A stretch of 64,000 nt of DNA from Candidatus Ozemobacteraceae bacterium (GTDB taxonomy: Bacteria > Muiribacteriota > Ozemobacteria > Ozemobacterales > Ozemobacteraceae). Location of the stretch: NCBI GenBank assembly GCA_965140445.1, contig OZ223236.1:1792001-1856000 (forward strand), read 5' to 3'. The position numbers were made by a program, and so were the translations under genes. Positions 1 to 8,909 of the stretch are shown piece after piece (positions within the stretch are counted from its first letter, which is position 1; every line of letters begins with the position of its first letter). The notes beneath the pieces were generated by a model, which was not told the DNA's origin, searched no databases, and saw nothing but the letters and a program-made list of their open reading frames with translations.

Positions 1-114
1 TGATTTGGCTGGGAGCTCTCTCTCTTTTACTACTTCAGAAATTGTTTTAAGATCACTATCTTCTAGTCCCGCAAACAGGGGAATCTGTTTCAATCGATCA
101 ATAATAGTAATCAC
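1..114 (-). CDS. Cyclic nucleotide-binding (Crp/Fnr-type cNMP domain) protein, 5' part only; runs off the window edge
   Basis: Not in the ORF track; read by hand. GTG at 114 after GAGGAA gives MITIIDRLKQIPLFAGLEDSDLKTISEVVKERELPAKS, the typical LxxxPLFxxL start of cNMP-binding domains. Confidence 0.75.
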   Translation of the reverse strand, partial: MITIIDRLKQIPLFAGLEDSDLKTISEVVKERELPAKS

Positions 115-138
115 TTCCTCTCATAAGGTTTAAAAATT

Positions 139-546
139 TTAAGAAGATTTTTCAGGAGTTTCTTCTACGTTAGAGTTTTCTTCTTTTTCTGATTCGGGGG
201 TATCGGTCATGCCCATAATTTTATTGTATATTTTTTCTCCAACTTCTGGGCTCAGGATTTTTTCCCAAACGGACTGCTTTTCCTTCATGGAAATAAGCTT
301 AACTTCTTTTTCGCTGATAGCAATAAAAGCCACCGGCTCAATTGTCGCTCCGCCACCAGAGCCTCCGCCAAAACTGTCGGAGTCTTTTTTTCCTTGTCCA
401 CCACCAGCACCAAAACCAAAGGAAACCTTAGTTACTGGGATAACTGTCCAGTTGTTGAAGGTAGTCGGTTCACCGATTACTGTTTTTGAGTTTATTGCAA
501 CTTTCAATTCTGATAGAACTGTTTTTATTAACGCGTCAATAGCCAT
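139..546 (-). CDS. ytfJ: YtfJ/GerW family protein
   Basis: TVIGEP, VIPVTKVSFGFGAGGG and FGGGSGGGATIEPVAF are the family signatures; AGGAGG RBS upstream. Confidence 0.92.
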   Translation of the reverse strand: MAIDALIKTVLSELKVAINSKTVIGEPTTFNNWTVIPVTKVSFGFGAGGGQGKKDSDSFGGGSGGGATIEPVAFIAISEKEVKLISMKEKQSVWEKILSPEVGEKIYNKIMGMTDTPESEKEENSNVEETPEKSS

Positions 547-611
547 CTATTGTTGAACCTCCTGAGTTTCCAATCAATCTTATCAAAGAACAGAGAAAAA
601 TTAAACTTTTA

Positions 612-1871
612 TTATAACTTTGTCTCTGCCTTTTGCTTTGCTCTATACCACTTAAAAAGCTGGAAGCCTTCTTTCCAAAGTTGTGGTTCCAAAATGATTC
701 CAATTCCTGCCCAAAAGAATTTCCATGGTCTTATTTTTGCCCAGGCTCTACCTTTCACATAAATCATGGGCGAACCAAATTCAGGAACTGGAACGAATTC
801 AAGGCCAGCTCGTGCTAGAATTCCAGACAGTATTGCCATCGAGCCTTGAAACATTCCGGTTAAATATGGCTCGTGCAGGGCATAACGACACTTTACTCCG
901 GGGTTGATAATTGAAAAGCCAGCTTTTGACCTTTCCCAGAATCTTGTTAAAACGGGTTTTAGCCCTTTCCATTTTCCTAAACCGAATCGAATCCATTTTT
1001 TTCCTTCTGCATATTTTTTAGAAACGAGTTTTTTCAGGTTTGATAACCTTTTTCTTATAGGAATTTCCTTAGTATAGTCTGGTTGCTCTTTTTGCTTTTC
1101 CTTTTCCTTTTTGTCGGAGAGTTCTTTTTCTACCTCAGATAAGGGTCTTGGAATAATTTCTTCTTCTTCTGAATCTGCGAGGTCTTTGAGCAGGGGTTCT
1201 GCTTGCTCAATAGGCTCCACATAATTCGTTTCATCGCTTTCCAGAGAATCTTCTGCTTTGGGGGTGTGAGAATCAGATGAGTCATCTGGTTTGGATACAA
1301 CTTCGATGTCTTTAACTTCCCGTGTTTTAGTATCTTCTGTTATTGCATCTAGGTCTTTTTCTGGTTCCAATAAATCTGAAGAATCGACTTTCACTGCTTC
1401 GGTTTTTGTTTGCAAAACTTCTGGTTCGTCAATTGTGCTTTTATCAGGTTGAGAGCCTTTGGTTTTCTCATCTGGCTGAGAGTCAGGATCTGGCTCAAGT
1501 TCTGATTTAATAGAAGTCTCGCTTTGAGATTTTCCCATATCCGGGGTTGGTGTAGAGGTTTGCGTTGATTCTAAATCAGAGGGTTTTGAAACCTTTTTTG
1601 AAATTTTAGAGTTCCTCTGAATTAGTTTTTCCCAATAAAGAAATCTGACAAGGACATCCTGAGTATGTGGGGTCGCGACAACTCCAATTTTTAGAGCTTT
1701 GAAAAAGTAGTAAAGCCAGAATTCAGCTCTTTGCCCTTTTAATGAGGTTCTAAAATTAAACTTTAAATAGATTGGATGGAATAGGGAAAACAGAATTGCT
1801 ATTAATAATGAAATAGAAGCAATTAGAAAAGTATATTTCGATATTATCCAGATTGTTGTAAGAATTTCCAT
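612..1871 (-). CDS. YtfI-like (DUF2953-like) membrane protein with a long acidic low-complexity insertion
   Basis: N-terminal TM helix; C-terminal PYLTGMFQG...VPVPEF motif like DUF2953; sits directly upstream of ytfJ as ytfI does; central D/E/S/K/P-rich tract. Confidence 0.65.
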   Translation of the reverse strand: MEILTTIWIISKYTFLIASISLLIAILFSLFHPIYLKFNFRTSLKGQRAEFWLYYFFKALKIGVVATPHTQDVLVRFLYWEKLIQRNSKISKKVSKPSDLESTQTSTPTPDMGKSQSETSIKSELEPDPDSQPDEKTKGSQPDKSTIDEPEVLQTKTEAVKVDSSDLLEPEKDLDAITEDTKTREVKDIEVVSKPDDSSDSHTPKAEDSLESDETNYVEPIEQAEPLLKDLADSEEEEIIPRPLSEVEKELSDKKEKEKQKEQPDYTKEIPIRKRLSNLKKLVSKKYAEGKKWIRFGLGKWKGLKPVLTRFWERSKAGFSIINPGVKCRYALHEPYLTGMFQGSMAILSGILARAGLEFVPVPEFGSPMIYVKGRAWAKIRPWKFFWAGIGIILEPQLWKEGFQLFKWYRAKQKAETKL

Positions 1872-1876
1872 TGGCT

Positions 1877-2746
1877 CTAAGGTAAGATCAGGTTTAAAGC
1901 TTTGGGTAATATACTAACATTAAATTCAAGTTCGGAAGGAAAAACTTCGCCATCAATTTGATAAGGTGCTTTATCAGAACACCTGATGCTAAACTCTTTT
2001 GCGACAACATTATAAGCTATTTCATTGTCTACACCTCGTCGCTTTGAGGCTGAGATTAGAGCTTTTAGAAGGTTGATAGTGTTCCATTTTTTGAAAAGAA
2101 CCATGTCCAGCATTCCATCATCAAATTTTGCTTTTGATGCCCAAAAAAGTTCTCCGCCATACCTTCTCATGTTGGCAATCAGACAAAAGTTGCCTTGATA
2201 GGTTTGGTTATTGGTTTCAACAGTTATAAGGGGGGGGCGGTAAGTTAAAAAGTTTTTTACCCCAGAAATTCCGTAGGCTGACTTGCCAATCAGGGCTTTA
2301 AGTCTTTTTGAAACCGTGCCTGCGCTAAGCGCATCAAAACCTATTCCCGAAACGAAAACAAATTTATTTTTATTAATTTCCCCAAGATCAATTTGTTTAA
2401 CTGCCCCCGTAAGTAGTGTTTTTGCTGCCTCTCTAAGATTGAGAGGTACTCCTAATTCTCTCGCCACCACATTGGCTGTACCGGAGGGGAGTATTCCTAC
2501 TACTGCAGAAGGGGGGAGCTTGTTTACAATTGAGTTGATAGTTCCATCGCCGCCGCAAGGAACAATTAAATTATTTGGGTCTTTTCCAAATTCAGCTGCC
2601 AGTTGGGTGGATTCTTCAAGAGAGTTAGCAGTTATTAATTCTAACTCTACTTCTTTACGTAAAAGATTTAGAGCACTGTCTAATGCTTTTGGATTCCGAC
2701 CGCGAGCTTTTGGGTTTGCAAAAACAAAAATCTTTTTTAGTGGCAT
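1877..2746 (-). CDS. Diacylglycerol kinase family lipid kinase (YegS/DagK-like)
   Basis: NPKARG, CGGDGTIN, ILPSGTANVVARELG, GIGFDA, YGG and QIDGE motifs. Confidence 0.93.
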   Translation of the reverse strand: MPLKKIFVFANPKARGRNPKALDSALNLLRKEVELELITANSLEESTQLAAEFGKDPNNLIVPCGGDGTINSIVNKLPPSAVVGILPSGTANVVARELGVPLNLREAAKTLLTGAVKQIDLGEINKNKFVFVSGIGFDALSAGTVSKRLKALIGKSAYGISGVKNFLTYRPPLITVETNNQTYQGNFCLIANMRRYGGELFWASKAKFDDGMLDMVLFKKWNTINLLKALISASKRRGVDNEIAYNVVAKEFSIRCSDKAPYQIDGEVFPSELEFNVSILPKALNLILP

Positions 2747-2750
2747 TTCA

Positions 2751-3587
2751 TTAAACCCTTTCTGCTACACAAGATTGAATTGTGCCTCGCAATTTGAATA
2801 GGGTGGGGGTTGAGGCATGGGAAAATCCGACAAATGTATTTTTTTTCAAAGCTAATTTTAAGAAAGCTTTTCTTGCTCTTAGTGTCTCTTGAGGATAAAG
2901 ATCAAAAGCTTCTTTCCTGTCGAGTTCAAGATGAAATTCGGTTGGGCAGATATCTCCTGGAAAAATGAAAGTATTTACAGAATCCTTGAAGATTATCATC
3001 TGGTGAGCAGCGGTATGGCCGCCAGTAACTTGCACGCGTATGCCTTTGCTAATTTCTTGTGTTCCTGAAATGAGTTTTAAGTTCCCGGTTTCTGCTAGAG
3101 GCAGAAAATCATGAAATTTATAGCTTGAACGGGAAATTTCATCTGGATTTATTGCAGTTTTCCATTCATCTCTCTGAACAATAAATCTTGCATTGGGTAG
3201 GCTGGCAAAAAGTTCTTTTGTTTCTTTGTTTAAGATAGTCGCTCCGCCAGCATGGTCATAATGCAAATGGGTAAAAATTATCTGCGAGACATCATTTTCT
3301 GAAAAGCTTTTACTTCTAAGGTTTTCAACAAGAGTTTGGTCTCTCTTGAAGGCAACCAACTCAATAAACTTATCTCTAAGTTTATTGCCCATTCCTGTGT
3401 CAATAAGCGTGACAGCATCCTCCGAAACAATTAAAAAATAGTTTATGGCAACTCTTACTCTATTTTTTTCGTCAGCAGTATAGCAATTCAGCCAATCTGT
3501 TTTAGGTGTTCCGCCAAAAAGTGCTCCACCATCTACCAGATAGGTTCCATCCTGAAAAACATGAACTTCTGCTTTTTTATCAATCAC
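2751..3587 (-). CDS. Metallo-beta-lactamase-fold hydrolase (YtnP-like)
   Basis: DGGALFG, LIDTGMG, THLHYDHAGG (HxHxDH), TGGHT and FPGD motifs. Confidence 0.9.
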   Translation of the reverse strand: MIDKKAEVHVFQDGTYLVDGGALFGGTPKTDWLNCYTADEKNRVRVAINYFLIVSEDAVTLIDTGMGNKLRDKFIELVAFKRDQTLVENLRSKSFSENDVSQIIFTHLHYDHAGGATILNKETKELFASLPNARFIVQRDEWKTAINPDEISRSSYKFHDFLPLAETGNLKLISGTQEISKGIRVQVTGGHTAAHQMIIFKDSVNTFIFPGDICPTEFHLELDRKEAFDLYPQETLRARKAFLKLALKKNTFVGFSHASTPTLFKLRGTIQSCVAERV

Positions 3588-3621
3588 GACAATTAATTCC
3601 TATTATTGTGAAGGCTACTTT

Positions 3622-4677
3622 CTAATATTCTAATTCAGAATTTGAAAATGTTGCGATAGTTTGAGATGCAATGTTGGGTGCTGTTGTGAAAAGAGCTTCA
3701 CCTGTTTCTTCAAATCGGAACGAAACATTCAAGGGACCTATTGCATAAGTATCTTCGGGAACTACAGTAACAAGTATTATTTCTCTATTGAGGCCCTTTA
3801 TTCTATTTACCATATCATAGAAGGACAGCATTGAGTCAGAAGACAGATCCCCAAATCTTCCTGTGAGGGGGTTAGCAATCATGCCCAGTTTTACAACTTC
3901 ATGACTGATTTCATCCATAAATTCCTTGAGAATTCTGGCAATTTCTCCTCTGGTTTTTTTCCCGTCAATCTCCAGGGAAGCGATTTCCTGATTTTTTTTG
4001 AAAATAAGGTTGTTTGGCAGGATTAAAAATCTAACGTTTCCGAGATGTTCTCCGGCGTTTATATTTTCAGCTGCAACCGCGCCAACCACAAGATCTTGAG
4101 CTGAACTGGCAATGTATTCGGCCATTTTGGCCAATTGGCCTTTATTTTCAGTGAAGAACGGGATTTCATCTTGAACCTTAACACCTTTTTTTCTTGCTTT
4201 ATCGGTTAAAGAAATAATAAGGTCTGTGAGTTCTTTCATAACTTCTTTTGCTTTTTGTTTGGTAGAAATAACTTTTGCGGCAAGAGGTTCGTCTTTTCTG
4301 AAAACGACGCTTTCGTTTTCCTTAATTTTGACAATGCCTTTTAATCTTTCAACGTCGTCCATCAAGTTTTTTCTTTCCTTGATTAAGAGAGCTTTTTCAG
4401 CTTTCAGAATTGAAGTTTCGTTTTGAAGCCTTTCCTGCTCTTTTTTTAGTTTATCTACAGAGAATAAGGCTATTTTTACATCTTCAGAGAGCATGGCGGC
4501 CGTGAAAAGGGTTAAAAGTGTAATTGAGATCCCGGTGGAAATAGCTACAACAAGCGCTGTTACTCTTGGTCTAAGCCCTAAAACTGTAAGGCGACGCTTT
4601 CCGACATATGTGCCTAGAGCGTCTCCAAGATAAGCTATTACGCCACTTACAATTACTAATACGAGTATTGGCTTCAC
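3622..4677 (-). CDS. DUF3084 domain membrane protein with coiled coil
   Basis: N-terminus GVIAYLGDALGTYVGKRRLTVLGLRPRVTA is the DUF3084 signature; overlaps the lptB stop by 4 nt. Confidence 0.85.
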   Translation of the reverse strand: MKPILVLVIVSGVIAYLGDALGTYVGKRRLTVLGLRPRVTALVVAISTGISITLLTLFTAAMLSEDVKIALFSVDKLKKEQERLQNETSILKAEKALLIKERKNLMDDVERLKGIVKIKENESVVFRKDEPLAAKVISTKQKAKEVMKELTDLIISLTDKARKKGVKVQDEIPFFTENKGQLAKMAEYIASSAQDLVVGAVAAENINAGEHLGNVRFLILPNNLIFKKNQEIASLEIDGKKTRGEIARILKEFMDEISHEVVKLGMIANPLTGRFGDLSSDSMLSFYDMVNRIKGLNREIILVTVVPEDTYAIGPLNVSFRFEETGEALFTTAPNIASQTIATFSNSELEY

Positions 4678-5477
4678 GCTTCTAACTTCTCGATCTGGTC
4701 GAGTTGGAAGCGCTCACCAAGATAAAATTTTCTAGCTGTTTCATCCTGAGCAACTTGCTCCGCAGTTCCTGAAACTAGAATTTTCCCCAAGTTCATAATA
4801 TAAGCTCTATCAACTATCGCCAGCGTTTCGCGAACATTATGATCTGTTATAAGTAGACCAAGTCCTTTTTTTTGCAGTGTAAGTACAATACTTTGGATAT
4901 CCTGGACTGCTATAGGGTCAACCCCTGCAAATGGCTCATCAAGTAATATAAAGCTTGGTTCTGCAGCCAATGCACGGGCTATTTCAACTCGTCTTCTTTC
5001 TCCGCCAGAAAGAGAGTAGCCGGTGCTGTCAACTATTCTATGAATATCAAGATCGTCAATTAATTTATCAAAACGCTCTTTTTTTTCACTTTCAGGTATT
5101 GTCAGTCCTTCTAAAATAAGCCAGATATTTTCTCGGACGGTAAGTTTTCTGAACACGCTGGCTTCCTGAGGAAGATAGCCAATACCCATTCTAGCTCTCT
5201 GATACATTGCTTTGTGGGTGATTTCTGTTTGATTAAAACGAACTACGCCTTCGTCAGGTTTTACCAATCCCACGACCATGTAAAAGGTAGTTGTTTTTCC
5301 AGCTCCATTTGGTCCAAGGAGGCCTACTACCTCTCCTTTTTTTATGTTCAGTGAAACATGGTTTACAACCGTTCTTTTATTGTAGGATTTGCATACCGAA
5401 TCGACGGTAATCTCATCAACCGCCACTTGCTCGGTCGCATCATTGGCAAGGTTTGGATTTTCTTTTTCCTGGTTCAT
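4674..5477 (-). CDS. lptB: LPS export ABC transporter ATP-binding protein
   Basis: GLLGPNGAGKTTTFYM, GYLPQEASVFRKL, LSGGERRRVEIARAL, LLDEPFAGVDP and ITDHNVRETL; lies downstream of lptC and lptA. Confidence 0.97.
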   Translation of the reverse strand: MNQEKENPNLANDATEQVAVDEITVDSVCKSYNKRTVVNHVSLNIKKGEVVGLLGPNGAGKTTTFYMVVGLVKPDEGVVRFNQTEITHKAMYQRARMGIGYLPQEASVFRKLTVRENIWLILEGLTIPESEKKERFDKLIDDLDIHRIVDSTGYSLSGGERRRVEIARALAAEPSFILLDEPFAGVDPIAVQDIQSIVLTLQKKGLGLLITDHNVRETLAIVDRAYIMNLGKILVSGTAEQVAQDETARKFYLGERFQLDQIEKLEA

Positions 5478-5483
5478 TTTTTA

Positions 5484-6530
5484 TTAGTCGCCTTCTGCTA
5501 CTGCATCAATTGAACTGCCTTCTGATGGGATCTTCAGATACTCTCCCAGTGGCACGCCTTCTGGAACTTCTTCCATTTCAGAGCTTGAAGTTGATTTTGA
5601 AGATTCATCTTTTCCTTCAGAATCTTTTTTCTTTTTCTTCTTTTTCTTACTTTTTTTGTCTTTACTTTTCTTTTTCCCGGTGGCCCCTCCGCTTTTGGGG
5701 TATACAGTTGCATGAACGTCACCAACGGCAATGGTTCGGTCTTCTTCTGGGTAATAAATGATTTTATTGGCATACAGCTCAGAAACTTGTTCAGAGTTGC
5801 TGCCTTTCTCTTTAGAAGTTTGGTATGCGTGAGCATGCCCCACAATAATCATTCTATTTTCCTGATTCAGGTATATTGTTTTATCTCCCGTTGCTCTTAG
5901 GGTTTCAGTAAGGATTTCAACCTGATTTCTTGCGATAGCTTTGTCTTCTTCTGAAAATAGTTCCAGTGATTCGCATTTTAAAACAGAAGTAGGAGACTCT
6001 TCATTTTCTTTAGCTTCCTCTTCGGTTTCTCCTTCGCGGTAAGGGACTTCAATTACAACAACCTCGCCCTTGGCGAGAAAGCGGTTTTCTTTATTAAATC
6101 CTTCAACTTCGTTGCAGGTTAATATTACTCTGCTTTTCTTAAGAACCTTTTCTCCGTCTTCATCGGTACCTTCTCTTTCAACTATTCTTACGAGCTTCGG
6201 GTTCCCTCTGGCTAAGATTCGATCTTCTTTAACATAGGCTTCAAGATAGTCTGAAGTAAGCACAGATCCTGGCTGAACAACCTTAACATTATCGATTGCC
6301 TTAACTATTTCAAGGTCTCTATCGTAGATACCTCTATCTGCAGTTAAGACTGAGTCTTTTTGCACGGCTTTTAATCCGCCTCTGGCAACATAGACGCTAT
6401 TATGGAAAGTCATAAGTCTACTTGTAATTTCCATATCGCCAGCGGTTATTGTTGTTAAAGCATAAGCAACTCCAGTAATTGCCAGGATGAACACTATTAA
6501 TGCAATAGCATTTATCGCTTTTTTAATCAT
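5484..6530 (-). CDS. lptA: LptA/OstA-like periplasmic LPS transport protein, elongated
   Basis: Signal peptide; repeated beta-jellyroll-like units (LTADRGIY, LTSDYLEAY, LTCNEVEG, LYANKIIY); located between lptC and lptB. Start at ATG 6530 or 6548. Confidence 0.8.
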   Translation of the reverse strand: MIKKAINAIALIVFILAITGVAYALTTITAGDMEITSRLMTFHNSVYVARGGLKAVQKDSVLTADRGIYDRDLEIVKAIDNVKVVQPGSVLTSDYLEAYVKEDRILARGNPKLVRIVEREGTDEDGEKVLKKSRVILTCNEVEGFNKENRFLAKGEVVVIEVPYREGETEEEAKENEESPTSVLKCESLELFSEEDKAIARNQVEILTETLRATGDKTIYLNQENRMIIVGHAHAYQTSKEKGSNSEQVSELYANKIIYYPEEDRTIAVGDVHATVYPKSGGATGKKKSKDKKSKKKKKKKKDSEGKDESSKSTSSSEMEEVPEGVPLGEYLKIPSEGSSIDAVAEGD

Positions 6531-7260
6531 GCGCTTTTTTAACCTCATTTTCTTTTGTGGGTGCTCCAGAATAGGATGCTATATCAGTTAACACCTTTTG
6601 CGTTTCATCTACAACCGTTTTTATTGGAACCAATAGCTGAGAGGGTGGTGGTGCAATTGGGATCAATTTTTTGTGCTCCGGGTAACTAGGCATTGAAGCT
6701 ACTTGATCTGTTCCAGAGGCGTTTTCATCCCAGACCCTAATTAAAACCTGTCTGGAAATATTAGCCTCTTTAGTTTGAGTATTGTATCTTAGCCCTATTC
6801 CGCTAATAACAGTGTTTTGTTTCCAGATTGTAACAGGCTCCTGAGTGAAGAGCTCTTTGCGGTTGAAGTAATACCTAAGTTCTGTAGATTTGATTTTTTC
6901 TTTGTCAGTGGTCCAGCCCCTTACGTTGCCCCAAAATTTTGCTTCAAATGGGTTTTTCATTCCACGGTCTGATAGTAAAACGCCAGACCATGTCGCCACA
7001 TCTTTTTTGTAAAATAGAGTTCTGACATTGGAAGCGGTCATATTGTTCTGTGAATCATCCATGTCTACAGAGTCAGCATACATTTTTGCGTGTTTAAAAC
7101 CCATGTCCATTTCGCTGAAATTGACGGAGTGCATGAGCATTCTATGCTTTACATATGTGTTCTTTACGCTGTCTTCAATTTTGTCGTCCCAAAGGATTAT
7201 TCCTATAAATACTATTAGAATGCCAATCCAAACCCAATAGCTTAAAAGATATTTTTTCAT
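6523..7260 (-). CDS. lptC: LPS export periplasmic protein LptC
   Basis: Single N-terminal TM; GNV...IKSTELRY...LFTQEPVTI...ISGIGLRYN pattern typical of LptC; gene order matches. Confidence 0.85.
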   Translation of the reverse strand: MKKYLLSYWVWIGILIVFIGIILWDDKIEDSVKNTYVKHRMLMHSVNFSEMDMGFKHAKMYADSVDMDDSQNNMTASNVRTLFYKKDVATWSGVLLSDRGMKNPFEAKFWGNVRGWTTDKEKIKSTELRYYFNRKELFTQEPVTIWKQNTVISGIGLRYNTQTKEANISRQVLIRVWDENASGTDQVASMPSYPEHKKLIPIAPPPSQLLVPIKTVVDETQKVLTDIASYSGAPTKENEVKKAHD

Positions 7261-8141
7261 TTAACTCTCCCAAGCTCTGAATGGGCATATCGCTCATGAA
7301 ACCAGCACCAAAGATCGGGTCTTTTTCGGAAAGCGTTCTCGTATCGTTCAACATATTTTCGAATTCTTTCTACCATGGTTTCACCTTTTCGCCATTCTAT
7401 GGGTTTTTCAAACCTTATGGTTAGCTTACCATTTGAAGATCTTTCTGTGAATGAAGGAATAATTGGAGCTTTTCCCCGCAGGGACAAAATGACCGGGGCA
7501 TTGTAAAAAGATGCTTTTTTTCCAAAAAAATCAACTTGATACCCCCATTCTCTGGCGTTTAGATCAGAGAGCATTCCAATGCATTCCCCTTTGTTTAATC
7601 TTTTGATGGACTCAATAATGTTATTTTTCATAATGACCTGGACGCCTCGTCGTTCTCTGAAGCCATTCATGAATTCCGTCATCTGATTAACTGCTTGAGG
7701 TCTGGCAACAACGTTCATTTTGTATCCCATCTTAGACAGAGTGTAACCGATGATTTCCCAGTTGCAGAAATGTGCACTTAAAATAATAAATCGCCCATGT
7801 TTTTGGTAGGTTGATTCGATGTTTTCAAGCCCTTCGATGTTAATAAAATCTTTGTTATGGGCAAGGAGCTTTTCATAAAAAAAGACTTCCAGGATTGTTG
7901 AAATCTGATTTTCTGCCATTTTGGCGATGATTTTTTCTCTGTTTTTTTGAAACTCTTCTGGGAGAAGTCTTCTTGCTGCTTCAATCTCTTTTTTAAAGAT
8001 CCTAGGAAAAATTTTCATTAACAATCTTTTAATGCGAGGAACACTCTGGGCGGAGAGTTTGGTCATCCAGGTTACCAGAGCCTTTAGAAAATATGAGCGT
8101 AATTGCCTTTTTAAATTTTTTAGGCGATCTTTGAAAGTCAT
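7257..8141 (-). CDS. Lipid A late acyltransferase (LpxL/HtrB family)
   Basis: IEGLENI, SAHFCNWE, GMLSD, VDFFGK and PDLWCWFHERY motifs. Confidence 0.9.
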   Translation of the reverse strand: MTFKDRLKNLKRQLRSYFLKALVTWMTKLSAQSVPRIKRLLMKIFPRIFKKEIEAARRLLPEEFQKNREKIIAKMAENQISTILEVFFYEKLLAHNKDFINIEGLENIESTYQKHGRFIILSAHFCNWEIIGYTLSKMGYKMNVVARPQAVNQMTEFMNGFRERRGVQVIMKNNIIESIKRLNKGECIGMLSDLNAREWGYQVDFFGKKASFYNAPVILSLRGKAPIIPSFTERSSNGKLTIRFEKPIEWRKGETMVERIRKYVERYENAFRKRPDLWCWFHERYAHSELGRVK

Positions 8142-8143
8142 TT

Positions 8144-8704
8144 TTACCCGTCGATTATATCTTGAATCAGTTGTTTATAAAGCCCTTTGCTTTTTAAAAG
8201 AATTTCAACAACTTCTCGAATAACACCTTCCCCACCAACTGCTTCAAGTTGGTAATCAACATATTTTTCTATGGATTTGTGGTGATTTGCAGGGGCGAAA
8301 AAAATCCCAACTCTTGTTCCAACAGGCAAATCATTAATGTCGTCACCGATATAGGCTATTTCATCTGCAGAAATTTTATGTTTTTTTATTATTTCTTCTA
8401 GTGTTTTTCCTTTTTCGGAAATTCCTTGGTGAAGTTCGTCAAAGCTTAATTCTTTCGCTCTTTTTTGGAGTGCTTCGGAAGATCTGCCAGTAATTGATCC
8501 ACATAAAAAGCCCGCTTTGTGCCAGATTTTGATTCCCATTCCGTCGGTAGTAGAAAAACATTTGCACTCCATGCCGTTACTGCCAAGGATTATTCGTCCA
8601 TCAGTCAAAACTCCGTCGCAGTCAAACAGGAGCATTTTTATTTTTTTGCATGAATTTTTAAACGAAATCGAGTCGAGTTTTGCTTTGGCCATTCTTAGGA
8701 TCAT
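8144..8704 (-). CDS. kdsC: Kdo 8-phosphate phosphatase (HAD)
   Basis: FDCDGVLTDG, DGMGI, ITGRSS, YIGDDINDL and GGEGVIREV motifs. Confidence 0.93.
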   Translation of the reverse strand: MILRMAKAKLDSISFKNSCKKIKMLLFDCDGVLTDGRIILGSNGMECKCFSTTDGMGIKIWHKAGFLCGSITGRSSEALQKRAKELSFDELHQGISEKGKTLEEIIKKHKISADEIAYIGDDINDLPVGTRVGIFFAPANHHKSIEKYVDYQLEAVGGEGVIREVVEILLKSKGLYKQLIQDIIDG

Positions 8705-8741
8705 TCTCCATAGGGATTTTTTGGTTTTTTCTCAGTCTATA

Positions 8742-8770
8742 GGTATAACAAATATTGGTGAGCAAGTAAA
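8742..8770 (-). promoter_or_regulatory. Putative sigma70 promoter of the kdsC-lpt operon
   Basis: Minus strand TTTACT-N17-TATACC with TG extended -10, about 40 nt upstream of kdsC. Confidence 0.45.
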
Positions 8771-8871
8771 CTTTGGGAATTTTTGATTTAAGAGTTAAGA
8801 AAAAATAAAAGGCTGGATGGTGTTTAACAGAATTTTTCCTAAAAACAATGTACCAAACTTGTAGAAAAATT

Positions 8872-8900
8872 TTGTCCAATTAACACAAATATGCTATACT
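8872..8900 (+). promoter_or_regulatory. Putative sigma70 promoter of wecA/tagO-holB-yaaT
   Basis: TTGTCC-N17-TATACT with TG extended -10, ending 9 nt before the TTG start. Confidence 0.55.
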
Positions 8901-8909
8901 CCGAGAACT

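Noticed and set aside
209..2801. Plus-strand ORFs 209-556 and 2283-2801
   Set aside because: Antisense shadows of ytfJ and the DAG kinase gene; no RBS or recognisable motifs.
5620..5680. T/C-rich low-complexity tract as a phase-variable repeat
   Set aside because: It encodes the in-frame poly-Lys tail of LptA with mixed codons; not a pure repeat and no frameshift.
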